From the IMG/VR virus record IMGVR_UViG_3300035698_012408: DNA of 64,000 nucleotides; one strand, 5' to 3'. Source of the DNA: a virus. The notes beneath the pieces are model-generated. The model ran no database searches. It was not told the DNA's origin and saw only the letters and a list, made by a program, of their open reading frames with translations. The position numbers and the translations under genes were made by a program. Below, in pieces: positions 26,198 through 35,175 of the stretch; positions within the stretch are counted from its first letter, which is position 1; each line of letters begins with the position of its first letter.

Positions 26198-26969
26198 CCT
26201 CTTGTCCTCCTGGTTTGTGGATTATCCCGTTACCATCTGCTTGTTGGGCACACGCCCCACTGTTCGCAATTGCTGACCCGTATGACTCATCATGCTGGAA
26301 TAACGTCTGCGTCTCTTCCAGCACCAGGGTGTTCAGCCCGTTGGCCAAATACAGGTCACACGGCATCCCGCCGCCATCCTGGGCCGTGATCCATTTCTGC
26401 CTGCCGGTCTCACCAATTAGGTAGGCCAGACAGCCCTCGTGCCACTTCATGCCCGTCCTGGGCAGCTCACGCCAATGCGTAAAGTGTGTGACAGGATAGA
26501 GATAACACCCGCTGCCCGATGGCATCTCATCACTCTGTAGCTCCCCAAACCTCTTCCCAAATAACGTAGTCACTATTTTGAAGGTGCTCGGTTTCCTCAC
26601 GTGGAAGCTGACCGCCTCGTAGCGGCCGTTGGCCAGAAAGGCCTTGCAGCGGTTGACAATTCGTGTCCATTCCGCTGTTGGTACGGTGGGGTTGGCGTCA
26701 TCCTCGAAAATGAGCGTGTAGGGCGAGCTGGCGGCAGCGCACATGGCTTGGTGGCCTCGGAAGGCTCGATACTGCCGTAGAGCGTAGCCGTGGATGAATG
26801 GCCTGTCTGCGGTCCTGTCCATCAGGTTCTCTGGATGCGACTCGTAGAACTCCCAATCTGGGTTGCAGTGCTCGTTGTACGGGATGCCTGCGATGTCGAG
26901 CTGCTCCATCGTGATAGATGGCTTCTGCCCACAGGTCATCACAAATACTTCGATGTCCTTGTCTAGCAT
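26016..26969 (-). CDS. GT-A glycosyltransferase, GT25-like
   Basis: IEVFVMTCGQKPSITMEQLDIAGIPY and TLIFEDDANP. The last roughly 60 codons run through the SD and start of the next gene, so the 3' end is doubtful. Confidence 0.4.
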   Translation of the reverse strand: MLDKDIEVFVMTCGQKPSITMEQLDIAGIPYNEHCNPDWEFYESHPENLMDRTADRPFIHGYALRQYRAFRGHQAMCAAASSPYTLIFEDDANPTVPTAEWTRIVNRCKAFLANGRYEAVSFHVRKPSTFKIVTTLFGKRFGELQSDEMPSGSGCYLYPVTHFTHWRELPRTGMKWHEGCLAYLIGETGRQKWITAQDGGGMPCDLYLANGLNTLVLEETQTLFQHDESYGSAIANSGACAQQADGNGIIHKPGGQEDGRHHMRNGDGQDGQSVPDGEMCRGGFPSATALGGHSQAADCQRQPHPPAGAERVCRPKC

Positions 26970-26970
26970 C

Positions 26971-27384
26971 TCACACCTTCACTGCTTTTTTGAATAACAC
27001 CATGATGTCAGTTGTCAAGATCATCATATCCTCGATCGACGTGGCCATCCCGATCGCGGAGACAATTGGCCCTACCAATGCCAGCCGCTCTGCGGTATCC
27101 GCGTCTTGCAGATACAGTCGGCACCGTGGATGCCGCCTGTGTACCGGCAGAAATACTTCTTGCCAGTGATCCCACACGGGTGTCGGCATGATCAATCGAT
27201 TGATCTCGCAGACGGGCACCTTGTCTGGCGCACCGAGCCGCACGTACTCAGCCAGCCCGCCGGGCATCTCCCAGTCCACATGATCGCCGTCCCACCCGAT
27301 CCTCACCGTTGCAGTCCGAATCGCCATCGGGTACCGAACCCCTGGCACGCGGGTGCTTGCAAATGGTATCGTAATCGTGGGCAT
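26971..27384 (-). CDS. hypothetical protein
   Basis: ATG after GAGGAG. Confidence 0.45.
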   Translation of the reverse strand: MPTITIPFASTRVPGVRYPMAIRTATVRIGWDGDHVDWEMPGGLAEYVRLGAPDKVPVCEINRLIMPTPVWDHWQEVFLPVHRRHPRCRLYLQDADTAERLALVGPIVSAIGMATSIEDMMILTTDIMVLFKKAVKV

Positions 27385-27408
27385 CCAGGCTCTCCTCTAT
27401 CTACGAAC

Positions 27409-27431
27409 AAAGGCCGGAATATCCGGCCCTT
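27409..27431 (-). terminator. candidate terminator hairpin
   Basis: A 9-bp stem that is complete only on the minus-strand RNA (one G-U pair), a 5-nt loop and a U-rich tail uuuguu. Confidence 0.45.
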
Positions 27432-27497
27432 GTAGCTGCTTGGATTAGCTGCGTCTCGACCTGCTAGCTGTTAGCTTAACAAAAGTCGACGGGGTTG

Positions 27498-29252
27498 TCA
27501 TCCCCGTTCAGCGAACGAGGTAGCAAATTGCACAACATCCGCCTTCTTCGTCAGCTTCTTCAGCCGTCTGTTGTGCGGCTGCGGCATGGCCTTCTTGCCC
27601 GTCTTGTGCGTCATGGAGTAACGCGGGGCCTTGGCACAAGCAGCTGCTTGCTTCTCTTCGTCTTCCTCGTCGTCCGAGCCAAACGCACTGTAGAGCCCGT
27701 AGGCCCCTAATCCGCCGAGACCGAGAGCCGCTGGGCCAAGCCAGCCACTGTCGGAGAGCTGTCGCGTCCAGGCGTCCGGGGCTTCGCCGCCGAGGTTCTC
27801 GAACCACTTCCGAGCTGTGTCGATCGAGTTCGACATCCAACCCCGATCTTGATCCGTGCCTGGGCGTGGTGCGCGATTGGATGTCTGCTGCCCCGCCACC
27901 ATATACGGCTTCTTGGCGTAGAACAGCGAGGCCAGCCCTCGGTCATCCGGGACATCTGCCATGCTGTTGGCATACGTGATGCCCTTCGGCAATGCTGACC
28001 CGGGCGTGGGTGTCGAGCGGGCTTGCATGGCCTTCTCATAGTTCTTCCACAGCCCGGGCATGGGTGTTGGCGGTGGCGTGTCTACCGGCGGTGTGAACGT
28101 AGGCGCCCCTGGCACATAGTTCGGCTGCGGTGGTGCTTGCAATGGTGGTGGCGAGCCCGTCGGCGCTGCACCATCCATCACCGGGCCTGCTAGCTTAGTG
28201 AGAGTCATGTCATTCTCCATTCCCTGGAGTAATAGGTTTGATTTATGAGCAGCCGTCTTGAGCTCCGACTTCTCTTCTTCGTCGTCTTCTTCCTCGGCCC
28301 CGCCGCCCATGTGGAGGAGCTTGTAAATTCCTAGAAGCCCCGCAGCTGTCACGCCGAGGCCAGCGGCGGCTCTCCACGGGTTGATCTCCGGTGGAGCCAG
28401 CCCTTGCAGTTTGTTGTAATATTTCTGCGTGAAGGTTGGTGCCCCGGTCACTTTGCTCCACCCGTAGCGAGCCCAGCCTGGAACGCCTTCAACGAGCGCA
28501 TGTGGCCCACCGTCCACTGTAGCATCCCAATAATCCTTCAGCGTGTTGGAGCCGCCACCAGCTGGCTGCCCGCCATTGCGTGCGTTCTCCATCCGCTTCT
28601 TCAACAACACCATTGACATGCTGGGGAACTCGTCCTCGTGCATTGCCCAGTTAGCACCATGATTATGGATATGATGTTCGGTGTTCGGATGACGGTAGGT
28701 GGTAAGCTGCGACTGCCCTGTCTCCGGCACGGCCACAAGGCTCTCCACGAACCCCATGCGTTCGAGATCCTCCAGCCCGACACCGCGACCACGCGATGAA
28801 ATGCCTTGCGGCGACTTGGCTGCAAATGCCTCATGCAACGATGCGGGAGGAGCTGGAGCAGCTGGGTTCGCTGTTGGTGCTGCTGTCCCAAGCGATGGGG
28901 TTGTTGGTGCTGCCGGCGCCGGTGCCGGCGCCGATGCCGCCGCAGTATTCGGAAACAGCACTCGCGGTAACAACGGATCGGGTGCGTCAGGATCAGTGTC
29001 CAGTCGCTGTGCATGCTCACTCAAATTGTAAACAGGCGACTGCTCATCCGACGTCACGCCGAAACGCCGCATCACGCCCTCGGCCGACAGCGGAGAGACC
29101 GTCTCATTGTAAGCCTCCCGCCACGGTTCGATGACACCTTCCCCGGGCTGTACCTTGTGCCCTTCGGGTGCCACAATACGTGGATCGAGGTAGGACGCCG
29201 CACCAACGGCAGTCGAGGCCAAATTGAACCCTTGTAAGAGTTGCGGAAGCAT
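27498..29252 (-). CDS. Pro-rich membrane protein with an internally duplicated module (Gly-rich TM helix followed by an acidic run)
   Basis: AAAGLGVTAAGLLGIYKLL..GGGAEEEDDEEEK and PAALGLGGLGAYGLYSAFGSDDEEDEEK. Confidence 0.45.
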   Translation of the reverse strand: MLPQLLQGFNLASTAVGAASYLDPRIVAPEGHKVQPGEGVIEPWREAYNETVSPLSAEGVMRRFGVTSDEQSPVYNLSEHAQRLDTDPDAPDPLLPRVLFPNTAAASAPAPAPAAPTTPSLGTAAPTANPAAPAPPASLHEAFAAKSPQGISSRGRGVGLEDLERMGFVESLVAVPETGQSQLTTYRHPNTEHHIHNHGANWAMHEDEFPSMSMVLLKKRMENARNGGQPAGGGSNTLKDYWDATVDGGPHALVEGVPGWARYGWSKVTGAPTFTQKYYNKLQGLAPPEINPWRAAAGLGVTAAGLLGIYKLLHMGGGAEEEDDEEEKSELKTAAHKSNLLLQGMENDMTLTKLAGPVMDGAAPTGSPPPLQAPPQPNYVPGAPTFTPPVDTPPPTPMPGLWKNYEKAMQARSTPTPGSALPKGITYANSMADVPDDRGLASLFYAKKPYMVAGQQTSNRAPRPGTDQDRGWMSNSIDTARKWFENLGGEAPDAWTRQLSDSGWLGPAALGLGGLGAYGLYSAFGSDDEEDEEKQAAACAKAPRYSMTHKTGKKAMPQPHNRRLKKLTKKADVVQFATSFAERG

Positions 29253-29255
29253 CAG

Positions 29256-29675
29256 TTATTGCCTCCGACTGCGTAACGGCGACCTGAGGGGTGATTGCAG
29301 CCGCGAGAACATCCGCTCTCCATCGTCCTCGTCACCTTGGACCTGATCCATAAGATGACTGGTGCCCAGGTAGCCGGCACCGCCGCCAGCGATCATGGCA
29401 AGCACTCGCAGCCACGGGTTCTGGACTTTGTCGGTCAGAGCCCCGCCAAGCATCGCACCGACACCAGTGCCGGTACCCTTGGCTGCCCCACGAGTGACGT
29501 CTCGTAAGGTGTCGCCGGTGTTGCTGGCAAGAAGCCCGCCACCGAGTGCAGATGCGCCGATCATCCACGGGGCTGCCGCCCCAGCGTTCATCTCCTGGTC
29601 AGCAGCCTTCTCCAACGGAGCGGCGGCCAGATCTTGCGCCCACTTAATCATCAGCTGCGTGCCTGTGCTTGGCAT
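29256..29675 (-). CDS. glycine-zipper membrane protein
   Basis: IGASALGGGLLAS, GTGTGVGAMLGGAL and AMIAGGGAGYLG. ATG 29675 after GGAG. Confidence 0.45.
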   Translation of the reverse strand: MPSTGTQLMIKWAQDLAAAPLEKAADQEMNAGAAAPWMIGASALGGGLLASNTGDTLRDVTRGAAKGTGTGVGAMLGGALTDKVQNPWLRVLAMIAGGGAGYLGTSHLMDQVQGDEDDGERMFSRLQSPLRSPLRSRRQ

Positions 29676-29704
29676 TACGATCTCCAATCCCTGGAAACGT
29701 GTCG

Positions 29705-29899
29705 TTATCGTGCTTTGTCCGGCCAGTAGACCGTGCAACCGAGGTCGTGGTTATAGCAGCTGTTGAGCCGCTTCATCTGATGCTCATCTTGGCGCCAGTG
29801 CTTCTTCAACCATTCGTAGTCAGGTGTCTTGAGTCGCCCTGTCGCGATCGCGTCTGCTCTTGCCCGTGCTCTTGGGCCCATTACGGCGGTGTCAGCCAT
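29705..29899 (-). CDS. small hypothetical protein
   Basis: ATG 29899 lies 8 nt after AGGAG. It fills the gap between neighbouring genes. Confidence 0.45.
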   Translation of the reverse strand: MADTAVMGPRARARADAIATGRLKTPDYEWLKKHWRQDEHQMKRLNSCYNHDLGCTVYWPDKAR

Positions 29900-30246
29900 C
29901 GCAATAACTCCTGTCCGGTGAGTACCTCACCCGCTGCTTTGGTCTGCCGTAGCAAGACCGCTTTCCCTGTGGTAGCGTCGTAATCCACCAGGAACATCCT
30001 CGGTATCTTCGTGACACCATACTTAGTAAACGCCGAGTCGTCTGTTGCATTATCGGCATCATACGCCCAAATGGCAATACCATGTTGCCGAATTACGGCC
30101 TGAGCAGCCGCCGTGCGGAGGTGCGCTGACTGTGATTGACAGCCAGGGCACCACGCCGCACTAAACCTCATAACGACCGTTTCACCTGCTTGGCTCGATG
30201 ACATCAGAAACCATAAGAACATCAGGCACAACAGGTAACGTCGCAT
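29881..30246 (-). CDS. exported thioredoxin-like protein (WCPGC)
   Basis: Signal peptide MRRYLLCLMFLWFLMSSSQA, then FSAAWCPGCQ. Confidence 0.7.
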   Translation of the reverse strand: MRRYLLCLMFLWFLMSSSQAGETVVMRFSAAWCPGCQSQSAHLRTAAAQAVIRQHGIAIWAYDADNATDDSAFTKYGVTKIPRMFLVDYDATTGKAVLLRQTKAAGEVLTGQELLRWLTPP

Positions 30247-30250
30247 AATC

Positions 30251-30895
30251 TTACTCCCAGGCCCTCTTCTCGACCGGAACGCACGCCTCGCCCTGAGCCG
30301 CCAGCAGCAACGCCATGTCATCAAAGCTGATCTTGGCGTAGCCCTTCTTGCCCCAGTTCTCGCCCCAGGAGTTCTTGATCTTGAAGAACCCCTTGGTGAC
30401 GTTGACGCCGCAGCATAGGTAGGCGTGACCGCCGTGAATGGCCCCTGTGGCGTGGATGAAGCCCTTCTTGTCGGTCTCCATCATGCCCGCCATCCAGTTC
30501 GTGCCCAAGACAATAGGGCCGATCTCCAGCAGTGTGTCGACCATCTCCTGTAACGTCTTGGCCCACCAATACGACTCGACCATGCCGAGACGCTGGGCTA
30601 CCTTGACGCCAGCACGCACCGACGTCCCGTCGTAGCTCTCGCCCACCCACTCGTCATTCTGCTGTGCGAAGGCATAGATGCCATTCGGGTTCAGCATCTG
30701 GCGGATCGGGTGGGCAGCCAGGAAGTGAGCAACCGAGAAGCCCACACAACGAGGCGTGGAGCCTTGGTCGCCAGTCCACCAGCCGGTGTTCCAGTAACGG
30801 TAGGTCCGCGCGTCCAAAGCGACGGCCCAAGTAGGTATGCGGAACTTCTCGTCACGCTTATCGGGAGCGTAATGACGTGCGAATTGACGAATCAT
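30251..30895 (-). CDS. papain-like cysteine protease (peptidase C1 family)
   Basis: DQGSTPRCVGFS (Gln/Cys), GGHAYLCCG (His) and KIKNSWGENWGKKGYAKI (Asn-Ser-Trp-Gly) are collinear with papain. Confidence 0.7.
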   Translation of the reverse strand: MIRQFARHYAPDKRDEKFRIPTWAVALDARTYRYWNTGWWTGDQGSTPRCVGFSVAHFLAAHPIRQMLNPNGIYAFAQQNDEWVGESYDGTSVRAGVKVAQRLGMVESYWWAKTLQEMVDTLLEIGPIVLGTNWMAGMMETDKKGFIHATGAIHGGHAYLCCGVNVTKGFFKIKNSWGENWGKKGYAKISFDDMALLLAAQGEACVPVEKRAWE

Positions 30896-30908
30896 CTGAT
30901 TCTCCAGG

Positions 30909-31760
30909 TTATAGTTTGACTTTGGTCATCCCTAGTGTTCCCACTGGGATGTTGACAGCTTGTTCTTTGCCGAGCAGGATGCCCCCGGCGACCACCCAGG
31001 CGAAGGCCTCGAACATGTAGGCCTGCTTAGCGGCGTAGACCTCGATCGGCTTCCGCTGCTTCACCTCGACAATCGTCTCACCCTTGCCGCGGGTGGTACG
31101 CATGTGTTTTCGGGCAGTCTTGGTCTTGGCGTTTAGCTCCTGGGCAATGCCTATGAGCATCTGGGCCAGCAGGTCTGCCAAAGCATAGCAGTCCAGCTCC
31201 TCCAGGTCTATGCAGTAACGGGCCGAGACGATGCGATCCTTCTTAATTCCCGGCTGTCCGAACTGCCTGGGCAGCTGGGTCGTAATCTCGTCCACCAGTG
31301 TCCAATCGCCGCGACGCTGGCGAGTAGCCCGAGAGCTCCATGTCTGCAAGACGGCTTGGATCTCCGCCTGCCCGCCATGTGCGAGCACCGGCAGCAGTAG
31401 AGTATGAATCTTCGGCTCAGGCACGTGCCGATTGAGTTCCTTATCGGTCCGCAGATACACGTTGATGGGGATCGTGGCGAACGGGATGCTCATGGCCACG
31501 TCGCGAGCAGGGCCCCCACGTCTGCCTCTTCGGTTGCGGTGCCGAGTACAGCGGGTCACATACCAGTCCAGCTCGCGGATGATCTGATCAATCTCCTGCT
31601 TGGTCAGTGTGGACGGTAGGCGGCCACGCATTATCGCCTCGTGGTCCTGCCGGACTCCGTGCGTCGGATTAGGCTCTGGATGTCCTGCCAGTGTGTCGGC
31701 ACCGATAACTGCAAAAGCGGCCGAAGCCGCCACACCCGTGATCATGTCTCTGCGTTTCAT
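30909..31760 (-). CDS. hypothetical protein with a Tat-like signal peptide
   Basis: MKRRDMITGVAASAAFAVIGADTLA (RR followed by a hydrophobic h-region). Confidence 0.4.
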   Translation of the reverse strand: MKRRDMITGVAASAAFAVIGADTLAGHPEPNPTHGVRQDHEAIMRGRLPSTLTKQEIDQIIRELDWYVTRCTRHRNRRGRRGGPARDVAMSIPFATIPINVYLRTDKELNRHVPEPKIHTLLLPVLAHGGQAEIQAVLQTWSSRATRQRRGDWTLVDEITTQLPRQFGQPGIKKDRIVSARYCIDLEELDCYALADLLAQMLIGIAQELNAKTKTARKHMRTTRGKGETIVEVKQRKPIEVYAAKQAYMFEAFAWVVAGGILLGKEQAVNIPVGTLGMTKVKL

Positions 31761-31776
31761 CTCTCTGCCTTTCTAC

Positions 31777-32205
31777 TTAATCTGCATATAAATCCAACGG
31801 ATACCGATGCAGCAGCTGCACACACTCCTTTGTAACCATCGCATCACGGAGATTGTAAGCACTCCAAATAAACTCAGATGAATCAGGGTGCAGGCCCCAC
31901 GTAAAGGTGTGGATGCCGGCAGCTCTCGCCTCGTCGTAATCCATGAAATCTATTTCTTCATCCGACTCCCAGTCATTCGAGCACGCCGGGGCATCGAAAA
32001 GATCACAACCCAGGACAGCGTCCCATTCATCCCCGTGCTCCACGAGATAACGAACAAGGACGCCAAGAAACACTGCTTCTACCCCCGCGAAATCCATATT
32101 CCCGAAAGGTCCAGCCGTCCTTGCCTGCTCACGGGTCAGTATCTCCGACGGCTTCAATAACCCCTGCGATCGCCTGTCTTCACTACTCACGGCGTCGGCC
32201 ATCAT
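31777..32205 (-). CDS. hypothetical protein
   Basis: ATG ORF. A 14-mer and a candidate promoter lie upstream. Confidence 0.45.
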   Translation of the reverse strand: MMADAVSSEDRRSQGLLKPSEILTREQARTAGPFGNMDFAGVEAVFLGVLVRYLVEHGDEWDAVLGCDLFDAPACSNDWESDEEIDFMDYDEARAAGIHTFTWGLHPDSSEFIWSAYNLRDAMVTKECVQLLHRYPLDLYAD

Positions 32206-32250
32206 ATTCCTGCTTTCTACGTTGTACGAATCCCTGCCACTGTCTCATTC

Positions 32251-32264
32251 GGTTTCTAAGTACC
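32251..32264. promoter_or_regulatory. copy 3 of the 14-nt motif (opposite orientation)
   Basis: Exact GGTTTCTAAGTACC on the plus strand, 4 nt downstream of the -10 of a candidate minus-strand promoter. Confidence 0.6.
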
Positions 32265-32268
32265 AATT

Positions 32269-32297
32269 ATCATACCCGAGCAGCTGCCCAGGCTCAA
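32269..32297 (-). promoter_or_regulatory. candidate sigma70-like promoter TTGAGC-17-TATGAT
   Basis: On the minus strand the -35 is at 32297..32292 and the -10 at 32274..32269. Confidence 0.35.
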
Positions 32298-32302
32298 TAG
32301 CG

Positions 32303-33412
32303 CTACCGTACCTGCACGCCAGCCCTCCCACGCGGGTCAGCCGGCAGATCTGGACGGACCACCAAAGGTGGTATCCACTTCACCGTGTAACCCTTCTTTG
32401 TGTGGTATCCGTGGAAATGCCCGCTCCGCACATGCGAGTGAGACAACTCACGGGTCTGCTCACTGTCAAGATACTTGACTCGCCGCTGTTCTGCAAGCTC
32501 CAGTAGCCGCTCACTGCGGCCCACCGTGTAGCCTTTGCCCTCGTTCCGTCGCCTAGTGGCTCGAAGATGCAGCTTCACCATTGTTTCGGCATCTGCACCC
32601 TTGAGCTTCTGGATGTCCTTGCTTAGCACGTCCGCCTGCACCAGCCGGTCCTCGCCGGTGATCAGGAACGAGAGCGAAAATATGAGCCGCCACAGTTTAT
32701 CCCGAGTGATCGCCCGATCTGCGGCTTGCGCGTCATTGAGACCCGAATGGCGCAACAGCCGTTCATGGGTGTTGATTATCGCCTCTTCAACCGTCTTTCT
32801 CTTATCCACTACCAGGATCTCTCCACACGCCTTCATTGGGTCCGCGGTATCATGCTCGTCCCGATAATGTATGTTCAGCTCCAGCAGCTCACCCTGGTGC
32901 TCTAGTTCCACGTCGAACATCCGCGACATGGTATCCGTGAACGTCGTAGACCCTGACATTGTGAACGGCGCAAAAGTGTCACAATGCCACGGCTGCGGGT
33001 CCCACACCGCCTCACATCTGTAAATCAACACGCTCGTCACGTAACAGCCCGGGCGGCCCATCGAGATTGCTCCCTTCGGTACCCGCACTTCCCAAGCGTC
33101 GAACGGTGACTTGAAATACTCGCCCGGCACGTCAATACGTGTGCGGCATAGGGAGTCAAGCAAGCTGGAATACACTTTGTAATATGGCCGGCCAAGGTCC
33201 CAGAAACGCTGATTAGACGCCGCCAGCCGTGCCATGCCAGCAGTCTCCGCATCCGGTCTGCTGTGACCTGTCCTGACGTCGTCATCCTTAATGATTCTAT
33301 CAAAGAGTTCGCTAAACATCTGCGTCCGACCCGCCGGGGTCGTCGCTGTCTTCCCGTGCAACATTCCAAGCACTGTCTTATACGCAATAAACTCGTCGCC
33401 TTTTCCGTTCAT
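32303..33412 (-). CDS. hypothetical protein
   Basis: ATG 33412 after AGGAGAAG. The His-rich C-terminus is SHSHVRSGHFHGYH. No family recognised. Confidence 0.45.
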   Translation of the reverse strand: MNGKGDEFIAYKTVLGMLHGKTATTPAGRTQMFSELFDRIIKDDDVRTGHSRPDAETAGMARLAASNQRFWDLGRPYYKVYSSLLDSLCRTRIDVPGEYFKSPFDAWEVRVPKGAISMGRPGCYVTSVLIYRCEAVWDPQPWHCDTFAPFTMSGSTTFTDTMSRMFDVELEHQGELLELNIHYRDEHDTADPMKACGEILVVDKRKTVEEAIINTHERLLRHSGLNDAQAADRAITRDKLWRLIFSLSFLITGEDRLVQADVLSKDIQKLKGADAETMVKLHLRATRRRNEGKGYTVGRSERLLELAEQRRVKYLDSEQTRELSHSHVRSGHFHGYHTKKGYTVKWIPPLVVRPDLPADPRGRAGVQVR

Positions 33413-33431
33413 CTGCTTCTCCTGCTTCTGC

Positions 33432-34211
33432 TTATCTGATGCCCAGGGCACGACTACACCACGCCTTGCCGTAAATGTAGATCAGCCACCGTCGTACGAT
33501 GTCCGCGTCCTTCGCACTCTGAAGATTATACAACCAAGCGTGGCTCGACGCCATATCCCCCGCTCTGTGCTTCTTCCCCAGGAGGTACAGCCTGATTGTC
33601 CGCTCGGCTTGATACTTCACCAGGGCACGCAGATGCTTCGTGTCGTAGGCCCAGGTGGGCTGTTTGAGCTTCCGATGCTCTACGACAGCCAGCAGATGAA
33701 ATGAATACCCCATCATCTCCATCATCTGCTGCATGTCCCCGTAGTTCCCTGCCCCTGTCTCCACATTATGTTGGGCAGAGCTAAGATAGGCCGACCACTC
33801 GTCCAGGACGTAGGCAGGCTCGTTGTTCCAGTCCCTCTGCTGATCGAGCATGTAGAGCTTGTAACTCATGCCCCGGAGGCTCTGTGGCACTGCCGCGGCC
33901 ACGTTGGCGAGCGTTACGGGTTTCGGCTCCAACAAGACGTAGGAGCGGCCCCAACCGCCGTAGCTGGCGTTGTACTGGCTCGTCCCGCTGCCATAGCGGT
34001 TCCGCACCTCGCTGTTCATCTGGTGCGTGGTCTCATGGATGCGGGTGGTTTCCTCCCCAGTACGGTGCGGCTGCTTCGTTCTGGCCATCACGTCAGCATA
34101 GGCTCCCCGTCCCTGGGGAGTTCGGTACTCTGGTACTGTCACCCATTGCGCGGCAGCGGGGGACGCCAGGAGGAAAAACGCAATCAACTTCACGCCTGCA
34201 CGTGAAAACAT
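33432..34211 (-). CDS. secreted protein with an HExxH motif (putative zinc metallopeptidase)
   Basis: Signal peptide MFSRAGVKLIAFFLLASPAAAQ, and IHETTHQ. Confidence 0.35.
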   Translation of the reverse strand: MFSRAGVKLIAFFLLASPAAAQWVTVPEYRTPQGRGAYADVMARTKQPHRTGEETTRIHETTHQMNSEVRNRYGSGTSQYNASYGGWGRSYVLLEPKPVTLANVAAAVPQSLRGMSYKLYMLDQQRDWNNEPAYVLDEWSAYLSSAQHNVETGAGNYGDMQQMMEMMGYSFHLLAVVEHRKLKQPTWAYDTKHLRALVKYQAERTIRLYLLGKKHRAGDMASSHAWLYNLQSAKDADIVRRWLIYIYGKAWCSRALGIR

Positions 34212-34242
34212 ATCCTTGTTCCTTAGATAAAGCGGCTTTACC

Positions 34243-34848
34243 TTAGCCTAGATCGATCTCTCGTAACTCCCGTACTGCCGCTAAGTTCTTATAGCAATCT
34301 CCCAACCACGCACTCGCGCCGTCGCAGAAACTCTTGGTATCATCCAGCTTTCGTAATTTGCGCTTAGCGTGGCCGATAGCTGCCTGCGTGTTCGCCGCGT
34401 CGTCAATGACCGCCTGCGTCTCGGCAATCTCCATTCCGACCTTTCCTAAGTCACGCAATACTTGGTTGCGCAGGGCCTTCACCGTATCCAGCTCAGCCGT
34501 CCCGATTCGCGAGAGTAATCCATCGATCTCGGTGTGCAGCTCCGTGATCTCCTGCTCTTGCTCCAGCAGCACCTCGTCGGTCAGGTCACACGTCAGCTCG
34601 TCATGGTTCTCCATCCGCTCCTTCCAGATGCGGGCCTGATAAGCTGCATGGGGGCGACTGTAGCCCTTAACGTCCACGATCGAGTCCTGGAGTGTCATCC
34701 CCTTCGCCACTCGATGTGCGATCTTGATCATCGCGAGGCGGTAACGGCTGCCCGTCGGGAGCTGGGCGGCTGCGGCCACGAGTCGGCGACTCATCTTGGC
34801 CCAGCCGCATCGCTTACACTTGATTTCTTTGTCTGTTAGACTTGTCAT
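34243..34848 (-). CDS. hypothetical coiled-coil protein
   Basis: ATG 34848 lies 1 nt after the upstream TAA. Confidence 0.4.
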   Translation of the reverse strand: MTSLTDKEIKCKRCGWAKMSRRLVAAAAQLPTGSRYRLAMIKIAHRVAKGMTLQDSIVDVKGYSRPHAAYQARIWKERMENHDELTCDLTDEVLLEQEQEITELHTEIDGLLSRIGTAELDTVKALRNQVLRDLGKVGMEIAETQAVIDDAANTQAAIGHAKRKLRKLDDTKSFCDGASAWLGDCYKNLAAVRELREIDLG

Positions 34849-34849
34849 C

Positions 34850-35158
34850 TTATCCTGCTTTCCGCGATGCTTGCGCTTCACTAATTTTACGTTCTTCCTT
34901 CCAACGCTTGGTTGTCAACCAGTATGACAAACCGAGATGAAAACAATGTCGACTTTCCGCAAGCTCCTTCAGGCCCTCCGCCACTGCCCTTGCGTGCGAC
35001 GAGAGGCTTTCGTCCTTACTCTGTGTCGTGAATTTATCAACATACCATAGGACCTCAGATATATCCTCCAGTGCGTCGTCCGCTAACTCCTTCAGCATAG
35101 CTAATCTCGCCGCATCCTCGGCGTCACGTATTTGTTGCGACTGCTCTTGGCCCATCAC
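34850..35158 (-). CDS. hypothetical protein
   Basis: ATG ORF in the array. Confidence 0.4.
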   Translation of the reverse strand: MMGQEQSQQIRDAEDAARLAMLKELADDALEDISEVLWYVDKFTTQSKDESLSSHARAVAEGLKELAESRHCFHLGLSYWLTTKRWKEERKISEAQASRKAG

Positions 35159-35175
35159 ACTGCTTTCTGCTTGGG

